Source: Cenococcum geophilum (taxonomy: Eukaryota). From it: a stretch of DNA of 64,000 nucleotides. The notes beneath the pieces were generated by a model. It ran no database searches. It saw only the letters and a list, made by a program, of their open reading frames with translations, and was not told the DNA's origin. This document shows positions 12,058-26,086 of this stretch, one piece after another; the stretch's first letter is position 1, and every line of letters starts with the position of its first letter. The stretch spans positions 1,240,001 through 1,304,000 of the forward strand of contig CP158635.1 in the NCBI GenBank assembly GCA_050273025.1. Direction: 5' to 3'. Position numbers and translations under genes: made by a program.

Positions 12058-14192
12058 AATATAATATATACTTATAACTCTAAGCAAGAAAGCACTACGT
12101 CCTAAAAGGTAAATTTTAGGATAGCGAGACTTATATTATAATGGCAATAGTAAGTAAGAAAGATTAGTATTTGTTACGCTAGTTAAGTAGCATTTATATA
12201 TAGATGGCAACTATAAAAGAAGAGTTGCTAGTGTTGGGAATAAGGCAAGCGGTTATTATATAACGCCGCGGCACTAGCGTGGCGAGGAGTCTTAAGCTCC
12301 TTGCCCTCCCTCATTCTAATAAAAGAAGCTTTATTAACCAACATCACTGTAACCTACTTAAGTAGTCGTTATTGGTGAGTCACTCTGTATAACTAATAAT
12401 ATTAATTGCTTTATAGTTATAAAAGTACTATAGGTTTTTATAATCCGTTAATACGTGTATTAGGAATAATAATCCTTTAAGTTTTAAATACTATTATTTA
12501 AAACATCTAATAATTATAAGTAGTTTCTTATTATAAATCTTATAGTTTAATTCAGTAGGGGTATGTTTTTAGGAGAGAAAGGCTACTAGGCATAGCTCGC
12601 CGTTCTTATTATATTATAATAACACTCCTTCTAGTATATAATTAGATAAGTCTATTTTAATAATATATTTAAGGTTTAGATTAAAGTAGGTAAGAATTAA
12701 AGTAGTTATAAAATAATATTTTAGGTTATTAAAAGCTTATTTATATTTAGTAGTCTATTTAAATCTTATGTTTTTCCTTATTAAGTTTACTAATAGCTAA
12801 ATAATTTTTAAGAAGTAATTAATAAATTAATAATAAAAATTTGCGAATCCTAGAAAATTTTAGATGTTTTATATACTACTAAGACTTTCCTAGTTTATAA
12901 TTATAGCGATTTTTTTAGGGTCTATTTTAATTCCATTATAGGATATAATTAGGCCTAAGTATATAACTTTAGACGCGTAGAACTTATATTTCTTAATATT
13001 ACATTATAAGCCTATGTCTTATAGGCGTTTAAGGACTATTTAGATGTACTTTTAATACTTAAAAAGTAAAGATAAATAGATTAAAATATTATTAATATAC
13101 GCGGTAATAAATATATTAAGGAATTCGCGAAGCGTATTATTAATATATTACTAAAATATACCAGGACCGTTCTTTACACTAAATAGTATTACTAGGTATT
13201 TAAAAAGTCCCTATTATATATAGAAAGCCATATACTTCTTATCTCCTTTATAAATACGGATTTAATTAAAGGCAGCGACTATATTAAGCTTTATAAAGTA
13301 TTATACTTTTATTAAGTAGTTAAGCGTTTCTTAAAGTAGAGGAATTAGATATTAGTTTTAAATTATAATTATATTTAGGGCTTAATAATTAATATAGAAC
13401 CTTAAGCCTCCTTTAAGTTTCTTAATAAATAGTAATTAACTAGGGCGAATAAATCCTTTCTCTAGGTGCTCTTTAAGGTATTATTATATTATAAGCAGCT
13501 CTTCTTACGATATACCGTATGATGGGCTGAACTTTAGCATTATACTAAGTTTAAGTTTTATCTTAAAATTGTGCTCATCTTAATGCCGGGGTAGTTAGTT
13601 TATAAATTGTTTCTTAAACATATTAATTAGATTATAATATTCTTTAAGTATAAAAGGTTAGGGGTTAATATATTGCTTTAGTTCTAACGCCTTCTTAATA
13701 TCTTTTAGTATTATATTAAAGATCTTATAGTCTCGTTTTCTTACTAATAAATAAAAGGGTGCGGCTTATATTATATAAATTTTAAGGGGTTTTAATATAT
13801 TATCTTCGCATTTATAAGGTAAGGATATGGATAGGGAGTCCAATGATAGAATAATGGGTATATTATATAGACAGAGACAAATCCTTAAGGGAAAAGGAGG
13901 AGTCTGTGTGCGAGGTAGGAAGGGTTTTCCCTAGGCACGTGCAGAGCACGTGCCTTACGGGCAAGTCACCCCTGGGTTGCCCCAGGGTCGCCCATACCTT
14001 ACGGCTATATAACTATCTACTTAGGTTTTACCTAACAATGCCCCCCCCTTTAAAAAGGGTCGTTCCCAATCCTTTATATACTTAAGCCTTAATAAAACCC
14101 CATAAAAAACCTTAGTAAGAAAAAAATTTAGAGGGAAAAGAGCGTCTTAATTTTGCGTATAGAGAGACGGGTAGTATATATACGCGGCGCGA

Positions 14193-14357
14193 AGATGTTA
14201 AGGAACTTCGACCGGCGGTTAAAGTTGTCTAATTAGTTAGATTTGCCTTACTAAGACTCCCCTACATTTAACTGAGCTAGTAGTGATTTTGCATACCTGG
14301 TATAGAAAATCCTAATTGGTCTATTTAACAGGTAGAGCTAGTAGAGCTTAATACCGT
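14193..14357. promoter_or_regulatory. Shared palindromic CCAAT module, copy C (Gypsy-2 3' UTR); function inferred
   Basis: aacttcgaccggcggttaaagttgtctaattagttagattt.. followed by ctagtagtgattttgcatacctggtatagaaaatcctaattgg; reverse-complement homolog of 2139-2321. Confidence 0.55.
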
Positions 14358-14879
14358 TGCCTAAATTTAGTAGACTAGAAATATTCCAAAAGCTTACTTG
14401 CGTAGGCAGGTCGCTGGTACCTCGTGGGTTAGTTATAGGTTATTCGCATATAGCCAGATTTATAGACGGTAAGGCTATATACCTATTAAACCCGCCACTG
14501 ACCCTGCTTTAGCCTTACGCTATACCGGCGTAGCGCCGTGTATACTTCGCGGGTAGGTTTATAGGTTACTTGCATACAGCTAGGTTTAGGACGGCAAGGC
14601 TATATGCCCGTTAAATCCGCCGCTGACCCATGCTTTAGCCTTATGCGTTATCTATATAGCATATACGTGGAATAGTGTAAGTTGTTAATACAGGTTACCA
14701 CTAGCGGGTCACCAGTAGGTTATGGACCCCAGTTAAATAGACCCTAGTTATAAACGGGCGTAGGATATTAATAAATCAAAACTTTACCCCGTATGTACGC
14801 CGCAGTTCTTATAGCAGTCATTGCTTATTCTTTAATCCCTTAGGACGTCCTCTGCTCCGCTTTAATACAGGTTATATTT

Positions 14880-17800
14880 TAATAGTGGCGCTTACTTTTC
14901 GCCTGCGCTTCGGCTGTAAGGCTGGGGTGTCCCGCTTGCGGTACTTATCTAGCAGTTATTAACAATTCTTAAGTTCTATCTCGTATTTCCATTCATTGTA
15001 CTTATTTAGCCATCCTAGCTATTTAATAAGGTACTGCGGTTGTCTAGCACAATCCTAATGGGCGATGATTACTTCTACTTCCCAGCTGCCTTCCTTAAGC
15101 TCTTTTACTGCTAGGGGTTAAAACCTAAGGCGTGACCTATAAGGCTCTAGTAGGGAGACATAGAAGACTAAGTGGAGCCATACTATAGCAGATAGGAGCT
15201 CTAGCTTATATGCTTACTGCCCTACGCGCTCTAGGATCTAAAACGGTCCTATAAACTTGTAGTTAAGCTTTTTATAAGGACGTTTCGTGTGGATATTCTT
15301 AGAGGAGAGCAGGACTTATTCACCGACGGCGAAATGCTTGGCTAAATAGTGACGATTATAGTATTTTACCTGAAGCTTTTAGGCGTGTATTATTAACGCC
15401 GCCGCTGCCTCACATATAAGGCGCAGGCGTTATAGGTATATCTCTGCAAGTTGGACATTCGTTAACTTGGACCTTTCCCTACCTTACTAGGCGTCTTAGA
15501 CGCTGTCCGGGACTCCATCTAGGACGTTTGGTAGCTAGCCATAGGCGAGCTTAATAGGGGAACGCTTTATTATAGCATAGACCTTAGAGTTATAGGCAAA
15601 GGCTACTTCTTTAAGTAGGGAGGCCCAATTAGACTATTCCCAGTTCGTAAATATACGCAGGTATACCTTAAGCTCCTAGTTCTAGCGCTCCGTCTACCTA
15701 TCTATCTATAGGTAGAATATAGTACTAAGTTTACGTTAAACGCGGAGATAGTAGCACATAGTGCTCTAGTACTCGCTTGTAAATATACTACCCCTATTAG
15801 AGACGATATTATTTAGAGGCCCTATTTATATAAAGACTCTAAATAAGAGTTCTGCGAGTTATATAGCATCAATTATCTTACGCACTAGATAGTAGCGCAC
15901 TAGCTTCATAAAACGGTCTATAAAGACAAGGACGGAGTTATACTCTACGCTATTAAGAGTCTTAGACTCTGGGAGATCCGTAATAAAGTTAAGTAAATAA
16001 TGCCGCTAGGCTCGGGTGGGGGCCTAGAGAGGCTATAGCTCACTATAGGGTTTATAGTGGCGCGATTTGGAGCGTTAGCAGGCATTATAATTATCTAGGT
16101 ATTTGCGAAGGTCCTAGGTAAGGCCGTTCTAAGCGTACTTTCGCGCAATTACCTTAAAGGTACAGTTAAAACTATAGTGGCCGCCTATAGAATCGTCATG
16201 ATTTCGCTTAAGGATCTCCTGTTATAGTAATGTGCAATTCGGCACCCAGACCTTATTATTTTACCTTAGGAGTCCTTAATTATTAAGGGTGTAGTCCTTA
16301 TTACCGGCGGGAACTTATTTCTAGGTTAACTGATTATATATAAAGCGTATAAAGGCGTCCCTTTTTTATACTCTATAAATAAAATTAACTAGTGACTTAG
16401 GGGGTTATTCCGTAAACGCCGTTTTAGCTAAAGCAGCTACTACTACTTCTTGCCATAGCACGAGACTCTACGTAAAGTTAGTGCTAGCGAAGTAACGTAT
16501 AATACGTAGGTGACTTACTAGGTCGTCGCGGGGGACCGTAGCCTAGGCTAAGGGGTCTTCCCTAGGGTTAAGCGCTATTAGGCTAGTTAAAGTGGTCTTA
16601 AAGAGAATAGCAGGACGCTCTAGTCCGCTGGCGCCAAGTTTATAAGGGTCGCTCGCATGCTGCACGCATACTACTCGCTAGTATAGTATAGTAACACTAG
16701 GGCCGCCCACAAGGCCTATAACCCGCAACTTTTGCTGCAATATAGGTAGCATAGCATTAAGAAGTGTCCTCTTGCTGCCATTTTTAAAGCCTTTAGCATA
16801 ATCCGGGCGCCGGGATAGTGCGTTAGTAGGATTTGTCTTACCTAGCTTATATTTAATCTTAAAATTAAACTTAGCTAGTTCCTTAGCGTACTAGGCCTAA
16901 CGAGCAAATAAGCTCTTAGTGGTTATAAAGTACCGGAGATTATTATAATTGCAGAGCACGCGCGTTATATGCGCGGCGTATTTAAGGTAATAGCGCCACG
17001 TCTTAAAGCATTATACTATAGCGAGTAGTTCTTTATTATATATATCATACCGTACTTCTAGGCTAGTAAGCTTTTAACTATAATAAGCAATCGGGTGCCA
17101 GTGGAGTTAATCTTCCTACCCTAAAGGCTGCAGAAGTATACCGCTATAGGCATAATCGGAAGCGTTAGTAATCACCATTAGGGGTAAATTAGGGTCGAAG
17201 TGGTGAAGTAGAGGAGCCTGTATAAACACAGCGCGTAGCTTATAAAACGCCTATTACGCGTCGTCGGGCTAGGACCAGGGTTAATACCATTTAGTAGGCC
17301 CTTTTAACTTACGCTTCCTCTTCTTCTCCCCATCTAACGTTAGGTCGCGATGTGCCTATACAAGATATGCATATAGGGGGTATGCGGTATCCGAGTAGTT
17401 CCAGATAAATCGCCTATAGAAGTTGGCAAAGCTAAGGAAGACCTAGATGTCCCTATAGGACTTAGGCTCAGGCCATTCCTTAATAGCTTTTACGCGGTTA
17501 GGGTTCATTATAATACCCCTAGGGGTAATAATAAAGCCTAGGAACTCAACATTCTTAATATAAAAGATGCATTTTAATAGTTTGGCGTATAGGCCCTAAG
17601 CGCGGAGCTGTCGCAGTACCTACTTAACGTGCTCGACGTGCTTATCCTTATTATTTAAGTAGATAAGAATATTATCTAGGTAGATTACGTAGATAGTATC
17701 TACTAAGGTTTCTAAAGCTTTATAAATGTAGCTCTAGAAAGTTATAGGGGCGTTGGTAAGACTAAAGGGCATTACTAGGTACTCAAAGTAACCATAGCGT

Positions 17801-20310
17801 GTCTTAAATACGGTCTTCCATTTATCTCCCTTTTTAATGCGAATTCTATGGTACGTATTACAAAGATCTAGCTTTATAAATATCTTTGCATGGCTAAGCC
17901 TATTAAAGAGTTCGCCGACTAGCGGTAGGGGGTACCGATTTTTAATCGTGATCTTATTTAGGCGTTTGTAGTCGACGCATAGCCGCATTATACCATCTGC
18001 TTTCAGCACGAAGAGGATAGGCGCTCTAGTAGGCGACTTACTAGGCCTAATTTAGCCCTTTTTAAGAGCACTGTCCAGGTACTCTTATAAGATCTACAAC
18101 TCTTTCTATAAGAGGTTATAGAGGGGCATTTACGGTGGCGTCTTGCCTTCTTCTAAGTCGATTGCATAGTTATACTTAGAGTTCTACGGTAGCATACTTG
18201 CTAGCTCATTAGAGAAGATATTAATTTCCTCCTTATATATATCTAGTAGGCTAGGGGCTATAGAGGTTAAAGCAACTATTATATAGTAGTGTGCTTCCGG
18301 GAGCTAGTGAAGAGAAGGGTACGGCCAATATGTATTTTGCAGGTGTGCTTATATAGAGAGTGCATATAGCTCTACTGCAGTATACTTAATAGTTTTGGGG
18401 TTTCGATCACCTCCCCCTTACATATAGGTAATCTGCGCTGGCACCAGAGGGTCTCTATAGGTACTCGCTGCTAGTAACGGCAGGTCCTCTACTATGTTTA
18501 TAACCGGTATCTCTATATCTGGAGGGTCTATACAGGTACTTGCTACCAGTAACAATAGGTCCTCTATTATGTTTACAACCGGCATAAAGAAGGAGTCTTC
18601 TGGCTATAGCGAATAGACTGTTTCGCTAGCCTTAATGTCTACTAGGAGAGCGTTAAGGGTAACTATCTGGAGGCGTTTAGGGTCTAAAGTACTCTAGATA
18701 AACTGTCTAGAACGGAAGCTAATTAATAGATCTGCTTCCGCGAGCTAATCCTATCTAAGAACTATATTGTAACTATTAAATAAGCCGCCCTAAAAGGTCT
18801 GCGGGCCAATGGTATAAGGGGTACCCTAGAAGTCGCTAGTGGTAACTATTAAATTATAAGCATCCTAGATTGTTATCTGGTTGCTATTAAGGAAACGTAT
18901 AATAGGTTTACGTAAACGTAGCGCGTAGCGTATAGGCAGGTTAAACCTACGGACAACGTCTTAATTAATAAGGTTAATTTAGCACCCATTGTCGTATAAG
19001 GCATGTAGGCGGACTTCGCCCTAGGGTATATTTATCGTAATATGTACCACAATACGTTTCTTCTCTCCCTTTGTATTAGGCCCTAGTTACAGTTAAAAGA
19101 GATGCGCTACTAGGGCTTTAGGTTTTCCGAAGCCTAAGCTAACTTCTCTTTAGCCTGCTTCCAGTGTTCCTTACGGTGGCCGCCTACGGTCCTTTAACTC
19201 GCCTGCGTAGCACTAGCGTCTGGGGGGTCCCCTAAGCCATCTAGCTTTTAGGTGGTCTCCCTGGGAATTTACTTAAAAAAGCGTTGCCCTTTTTAGGTTC
19301 TGTTCCCTAAGCCTAAGTCTATAAAGCCTGTGCTGCGACTGCGCTTCGTACACAATAATTTGCTACTACTACTTACGCGATCTTCTGTAAGCTTTGTGGT
19401 ATTAAGCAATTACTCTACACGGCAGATTTTGTTAAAGAGGTCTTTAGCAGTTCTTACCTATTAGGCGAAGTTCTAGCGGAAGAGCTCTGCTTATAGGTAG
19501 GCTAGAAGATATAAAAACTAGAAGTCTACCTGTTATTTAGGATTAATAAAAGGGGTATATAAGAAGAGGTCCTTTAAGCTATGTATACGGGCTAGGAAGA
19601 CGTTGAACCTCTAATTCTTCTTTATAATAGCCGTATAGTACGTTATAGCGTTATTAAAGCGTCTTACTATAGGGTTCCTAATCTGGTCTTAGACTATAGT
19701 CTTAAATTCATCTTATAGTAAGGGACCCTTATCCTTGGTACCTAACCGGCGATAAACCAGTTGGGCGATTATCTTCTCTTTTATAAGACCTTTAATGGCC
19801 TAGCGTATGCGTCGCTTACAGTCGTAGTTAGCGTTATTAACCTTAAATCGGTTCTTAACTGCGGCAATCCACCGGTTAAAATGCTATTAAGTAGTACCGC
19901 CAATATCGGGTAGTGACTTCTTAACCAGGGCGTTGAGATTTAATCGGCGTATACGTTCGCTACGTGACTCGTGCTCTTTACTAGAGAGGCAATAGAAGGG
20001 CTTTATCGAATTAATAATGCTCCGTAAGTTGGCTATTTTCTTAGCTAGCTTATCTAGCTCCTTTATATCAGCGGTATTAGGTAGGACGCTGGTAACCTTA
20101 CTAAGCTTCTATTAAGCCTAGGTATATAAGTCGAACTAGTCTCTAGCGTTCGTAGATATCTAATCATTTTGGGATTCGGAGAATGGCTTAGATGCTGCTA
20201 GTGTGCTTCTAGCGGTTTCGTCTACACTAGATCCTAAGGCGTTTTACGGTCGCATCGCTAGCGTATTACTATTGGGTGCAGGCGTCAGTTTTCTTTTTAG
20301 AGGTATTATA
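14880..20310 (-). pseudogene. Gypsy-2 gag and pol (PR-RT-RH-IN-chromodomain), RIP-inactivated
   Basis: ALYDNGC protease (~19000), RT motifs, FLSFANFYRRFI, integrase IVSNRG and chromodomain, all on the minus strand. Confidence 0.85.
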
Positions 20311-21201
20311 GAAAAATTAAACCGGCTATCCTCCTAAGGGGATTGGTAAGGATTTAAATGTAAGGTAAGAATGTGGATAGGGAGTCTAATGATAGAATAA
20401 TGGGTATATTGTATAGACAGAGACGAATCCTTAAGGGAAAAGGAGGAGTCTGTGTGCGAGGTAGGAAGGGTTTTCCCTAGGCACGTGCAGAGCACGTGCC
20501 TTACGGGCGAGTCACCCCTGGGTTGCCCTAGGGTCGCCCGTACCTTGCGGCTATATAACTATCTACTTAGGTTTTACCTAACAGCATTCTTTACCGCAAT
20601 TAGCGGTTATAACTTTTTAATATTAGTTTAAGGTTATAATAAGGGTAATTTATATTATATTAAATTTAAATAGTTATATATATATTTATAGGGCAAGTAG
20701 TATTTTAAGTAATAACTTCGGTAGTAAGTTATACGAAATTTTAGTATTTCTTTAACCTAGTTAATTAAAGGGTTATATTATTTTAGCTATCTATATCTAA
20801 GTATTACTTTATAATACTTTAAGGGTATTATAAATAGGGAAATATATTTAAGGTATTTGCCTATCTATATCTTTATAAGAGCGTAGTATATTAGTTTACT
20901 ATATATTAAAGGCTTACTATTAAAGCCTTATAGGCCTTAGGGCTTATTAAGTTTCTTTAAATTTAAGCGTTAAGTTTTCGCGTAGTTTGTACTAATAAAG
21001 CCTATATTAGTAGCTCCACTATTTATAAGAATTTATACTTCCTTTTATTTTCTAAATATTTAAATTTTACTAAGTATATTAAGGGAGTTGTATTATATAT
21101 TAGCGCTAGAAGAGCCTAGATACTTATACTTTTCTACTTCTTATCTTAAGATATAACTTAGCCCTAGGATAATTTATTTTCCGAATTAACTAAAGATAAG
21201 A

Positions 21202-23550
21202 TTTTTTTAAAAATATCCGTTGTATTATACTACGTACAATACTACGCATGCAGCCTCTAGGCTATAGCGCTATAGTCCTATATATATGAATCCTTTAGGG
21301 CAGCTTAACATGTACTAGTAACTATGTCCTAGTGGTTTATAAGCCCCTAAACTAGGGGTTTATAGTTCCTTAGTAAAATACTAAGTTATAAGCAACTACT
21401 AGGTAATAAGAAAACGGTAGAAACCTATAAGAAATAAGAAATCCTAACGCTTATCCCTATTCTTTTGTAATTTAATTCTATCCTTTTGCTTACTAATATC
21501 TCTTTACTAACGTATTTGACCACTCCCCGGCCCATACTAGTCCTCGGCCCACTCCAAAAACCACTAAAAATCGGGAAAATTGCATTTTAATATCTTAACA
21601 ATGGCTTTATAATAAATTCTAAAATTCTATAGCTAACCTTTTATGCCTATTCTAAGACTCTACTCTAACTTTAGAAGGAATTCATTAAGTAGTTCTAGAG
21701 GAATAGCAATTTAGCTCAAAATTGGGGGCCAAAACTCAATATCTTAATAATGGCTAGGCTTATTATTCTAGAACTTTAATAGGAGTCTTAGAATAGATAT
21801 AAAAGGCTAGCTATGGAATTTTAGAATTTATTATAAAGCCGTTGTTAAGATATTAAAATGCAATTTTCCCGATTTTTGGTGGTTTTTAGAGTGGGCTGAG
21901 GACTAGTGTGGGCTGGGGAGTGGTCAAACACGTTAGAAGCCTAGTAGGAGTTACCTCCTTCTATAGATCCTGCTATTATTAGCCACTTTCTAATAGCTAT
22001 TCCTGTCCTACTTAGAAATAGGAAAAGCGCCTCTCTTCCTTTTTATATACAAAATAGCTTTTCTAGAGAGAGAGAAGAGCTTAGTTTCTTTTGCATTTCT
22101 CTTCTTTCTTCTCTATATAGGTTGCAGTCTAGTAATAGGTGCCTAGGGGTTTGTAGTGCTCTACATTCCCTAAAGCATCTACCGTCTTTATCCTCCCCCC
22201 TATTACTTTAGAGAAGTATTTAAAATAGCCTTTTAGGATATTTATCCCTAGGGGCTTTAAGAGAAAAGGAATAGCTTCCTTTACAGATCCTAGTATAGTG
22301 TTTTCCCTTATTCTTATTCTGCTGCTAGTTATTTTTCTATTATTCTAGTATCTTTTCTCTTGCTGCTCTCCCTATATAGGCTAGGGAGGTATAAGAAGAT
22401 TGTAGTTTTCTTCTAGAAAGGCCCTTTTTAGCTAGCTTATCTGCTATTTCGTTCCTATAGATTCCTAGATAGCTAGGAACCCAGTAGAAGTTAATAGAGA
22501 TCCCCTTACTAGCTAAATAGAAACAGCTTTGCGTAATTTTAAAGACTAGTTCTTGCCCCCTAGTAAGAGATTTAAGCTATAATCTCTTAATAGCTGCTTG
22601 GCTATCTATAAAGATATAAACTTATTTCTCTTTTAGTCTTTATTATTTTAGGTATTCTAGGGCCCTATAGACTGTATAAAGCTCTGCGTTTATAATTTCC
22701 ATATAGGGTCCTAGATTCCAGTTTGTTGCATATTTAATCCTATTTCTCTTCCCTATTTTGCATATAGCAGCTATATTTAATTTATTGTCTTTAGAGCCAC
22801 CTATATAGTATATATCTACTAGGTCCCACTCTAGGGATTCTTATAGATTTTTTACTAGTCTTAGATGTTCTTGTACAGCTTCTTCCTTACTACCTTTTAA
22901 GATAGAAAAGGATGCGGAAATAGGAGGAGACCACGGTTTTTGCCAATCTAGAGAGATTCTCTCTATTTTCCAGTTTTGAATTAGCTACTGAACTCTAGAG
23001 GCTAGGGATAGTAGCTGTGTCTTTAGCTGTAAGAGGTGCTTTATAGTAGAGTTTTTAGGGCTAGAACTAGAGCTAGAACTAGCTGCTAATTCGTCCCTAT
23101 CTTTGTTGATCTCTTCTATATAGACCTTCTTAATTGCGTGGTTTTCCTTAAATTTTAGGATTCTTATTGCGTAGTTATTGCAAAACTTTTTAAATCTAAT
23201 CCTAGGAGGAGGAATAGAGGCTTTAATCTCTATAGCTTGGCTAGGAGATCCTCTAAACGCTCCTAGAACTAGTTTTAGAGCCTCGTTTTATAGAGATTGG
23301 TACCTATCTAGTAGGTAATCTCTAGATTTACTTTTCCACTAGCATTGTACTCCGTAGTCTGCTATAGTAGTAACGTAAGCTATATAGAGCTGTTGTAGGG
23401 CTTGTAGAGATAGACCTCTTTATGTATTACCTAGTCTTCTAATTAAATAGAAGGCTGCCTTTGCTTTAGAGATTTGTATTTCTATATATTGTTTAAAAGT
23501 AAGCTTAGAGATTAGGAATACCCCTAACTACCTAACAAGGGGTTTAGGGG
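21202..23550 (-). mobile_element. 5'-truncated LINE copy 2 (RT C-terminus, RNase H, 3' UTR) containing a MITE
   Basis: TSD taaagataaga at 21191-21201 and 23551-23561; LVR.LGVFL..KLTFKQ motif at ~23490-23540; T tail at 21202. Confidence 0.9.
21510..21933. mobile_element. MITE 1 (424 bp, ACGT termini, Fot1/pogo-like)
   Basis: ~150-bp TIRs (acgtatttgaccactcccc / ggggagtggtcaaacacgt); TA TSD; absent at the equivalent site of LINE copies 1 and 3. Confidence 0.92.
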
Positions 23551-23565
23551 TAAAGATAAGATACT

Positions 23566-23625
23566 TTATAGTAACTAAGTATAATTTATAGTAACTAAGT
23601 ATAATTTATAGAATAAGTATAATTT
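23566..23625. repeat. ~20-bp tandem repeat, about 3 copies (ttatagtaactaagtataat)
   Basis: Directly visible next to the TSD of LINE copy 2. Confidence 0.75.
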
Positions 23626-24752
23626 AAGGATTAAGAGAAACTACGTCAAACTTTTTTAAAAGGGTAAGTTTGGCAATTTCTTTAAATATATCCCCCTTTA
23701 CTACATCTGAAGTATTCTCTATTTACGGCTTATATTCTTTATTTATTAGTTCCTAAGGGTATAAAGAAGTAAGTAGTGTTAAGGTCTATAGGGTTATATA
23801 TAGGGCTTTTTAGTTTTAGAGACAGATTATGCTTTAGGGTATATACTAGGTTTATAAAGTTTTAAATATAAGGTATAGTTAGCTTTAGGGAACGAGTTTA
23901 TTTATTATATTAAAGGTCCTTATTAATTTATTAATATATTATAGCAAATTTAGGTAAGTCCTTTAGTAGTTCTCTACTTACTAACTATACTCTAATTTTA
24001 TCTAGGGTGGCTTAATAAAGAGTAGTAACTCTAGCAGCTTTATTCCAATCTAGTTTACTAATAAGGCCTAAAAATTCCGAAAAGAAGCTAGTAAAGTCTC
24101 GGTTCCGTTATTATAGGTTTTTAAGTTTAGTAATAGCTGTATATTTACGGCTAGTGTTATTATACGTTCGTTCTAATAGAGAAATAAAGATTTTAAAATT
24201 AATAAAGGTACTATTACGGAAGAATAGGTCTATAGTTTATGTAGCATCTTTACTTAAATAAAACATTTTATAGCTAATCTTGCTAGCTTTAGTAGGGTAT
24301 TAGTTATAGTTTATTAAAAGTTTAAGATGGAGCTTGGTTATAAAGGGATGTAGGTTATTTTAATTTCTATTAAATATTAGAGGGTTAAGGAGCTTTTTAG
24401 ATTTTATAGTAAGTACTAGGTTTGTTATAGGTATAGGTTAAGCTACCGTTATTAGTTTAGGGTTTATATTTAACAGGTTAGGTTTATATATAATTATTTT
24501 AATTTTATTTATAGGTATTACTATTAGGGTCTTTAATATAAGTGCTTTAAGGTTACGGAGTTCTTCGTGGATTACTTTTATTAATTACTAGTGCTAAACT
24601 TCTAATATCGCTTACTATTAGGCCAAAGCATCCGTAAAGAACTATTATATTATAGTTAACTGTTCCCTAACTAGGGCTATAATATTTATAGTTAACGCGG
24701 AGGGTTCGAGTTTATTTACTATTTTAATAGTAGTTGTTTTAATGTAATGTAA

Positions 24753-25057
24753 TATAAGGGCGTAAAGAGACTTTAGGGAAGATTTAAAAGAATGATATAA
24801 ATTCTATCTAAATCTAAGGGTATATAGCTCTTGCTAAGAACAAGACATTACGTAAAGAAGAGAAAGAAATAATAAGAGAATTATATAATTAAATAGTCAG
24901 GGACTTGGTGGTTAATGTATGCATATATACACACGCGGTCTTTAACGGACTTTAGTAAAATTTAATTAATTTAGTAGAATTTGGTTAAAGCGTCGGAATT
25001 TATCTATTAAGTGTTTCGCCGAGACATTCCTACTATAACTGGGCTAGCCCCATTACA
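24753..25057 (-). repeat. Gypsy-1 5' LTR
   Basis: Direct repeat of 1747-2051. Confidence 0.93.
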
Positions 25058-26086
25058 GTCCGTTTTAACAACTCTACCTTTAGCAAAATCCCTACTATTT
25101 TAGGCAATAACTTTGCTTAAATACTACCTGTCGTCCCGCGGGGGAACTGCGCAGCTATTATAGGTGCCTACCTATAGCGGTTATTCCTCTAGCCTACCTT
25201 CTATATACTATTCCTATAGTTAAATATACGTGTCCACTAGGGTAAGGTTAATTAGTAGTTTATAGCTTAGGTATAGAGCTTATCCTATAATGTGTCCCTA
25301 TTTAGTAGCATTAGTATCCTACCTAGTATAGCCTAGTTCCGGTTTAAGGAGCCCTTTTATAGGTATATATACCCTCTATAACTGCTTACGTAGGTATATA
25401 CTACTCTTAATACCTTCCGTAATTGCGCTATTTTAACTATTTATAATAATACTATGGCTAAGATTAATAAGGCTATCCTTATACGGCTTTACGGCCTTTT
25501 AAGGACATTTTTTTATAGATACTATAGAGTAAAGTAGAGAAGAAGAAGATAGTAATATTATACTACCGCCGCTAGACCTTCTGCAAATACTTAATCCTAA
25601 TAACTTACCTCCGTTAAAGCTTTCCCTTAAAGTAGGCGCACCTATAATTTTTTTTTATAAAACCTCTACCCTAAGGAGGGCCTCTATAGCGGCACCTGTA
25701 TAGTTATTACGCGCCTAGGCCACCGCTGTATTAAAGCCTAGATACTTAGCGGCGGCTTTTATAAGCAGCTACGGCTAATCCCTTATATTAAGCTTACCTC
25801 TATAGAGGGAGAACTACTGTTTATTATTAGTAGAAGGCAGTTTCTAATCTGGTTATACATTATTATAACTATAAATAAGTTATAGGGGTAGTCTTTTAAC
25901 TTTATTAGGGTTAATTTACGTATACTAGTCTTTACGTATAGGCAGCTATATATTATACTATTAAGAGTAACGAATATAGGTAGGCTTTTACTATTACTGC
26001 CATAGAATAGGGATAGTATAACTGCTAATATTATATATCTAGAAGTGTTGCTATAGTCTTAGGGCTAAGGCGCAGGGGGACGGTAT

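Larger units (their letters stand above)
6339..12398 (+). mobile_element. Copia-1 LTR retrotransposon
   Basis: 167-bp LTRs at 6339-6505 and 12232-12398; TSD atatt; domain order PR-IN-RT-RH. Confidence 0.95.
13813..20583 (-). mobile_element. Gypsy-2 chromovirus LTR retrotransposon
   Basis: 225-bp LTRs at 13813-14037 and 20359-20583; TSD gcatt; PPT (cccccccttt on + at 14041). RT in track ORF 17734-18009 ([24 protein letters not shown]); chromodomain YLIK(W)LGW..EW at ~14960-15040. Confidence 0.95.
1747..25057 (-). mobile_element. Gypsy-1 chromovirus LTR retrotransposon (~5.9 kb once nested inserts are removed)
   Basis: 305-bp LTRs at 1747-2051 and 24753-25057; TSD gtcca/gtccg; PPT next to the left LTR (cccccccttt on +). 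Degenerate RT/RNaseH (12404-13812), integrase (5088-6338) and chromodomain LVIKWEGY..REFYK (~3480-3610) on the minus strand. Confidence 0.92.
1..26060 (+). pseudogene. Helitron Rep-helicase, PIF1 helicase C-terminal part, RIP-inactivated; pieces at 1-71, 1647-1746 and 25063-26060
   Basis: After removing the Tc1 and Gypsy-1 insertions the pieces join. De-RIPed reading: RFQIPINL..ESTCNISKGS.LA | LIWDEVPM..CFEAVH.MLTDVR | GGDFAQILPV, LKVGAPI, GLCNGTR-like, RRQFPI, TINKSQGQS, FTHGQLY..LSRVT, TANIVYPEVL. These are typical Helitron PIF1 motifs. Confidence 0.88.
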
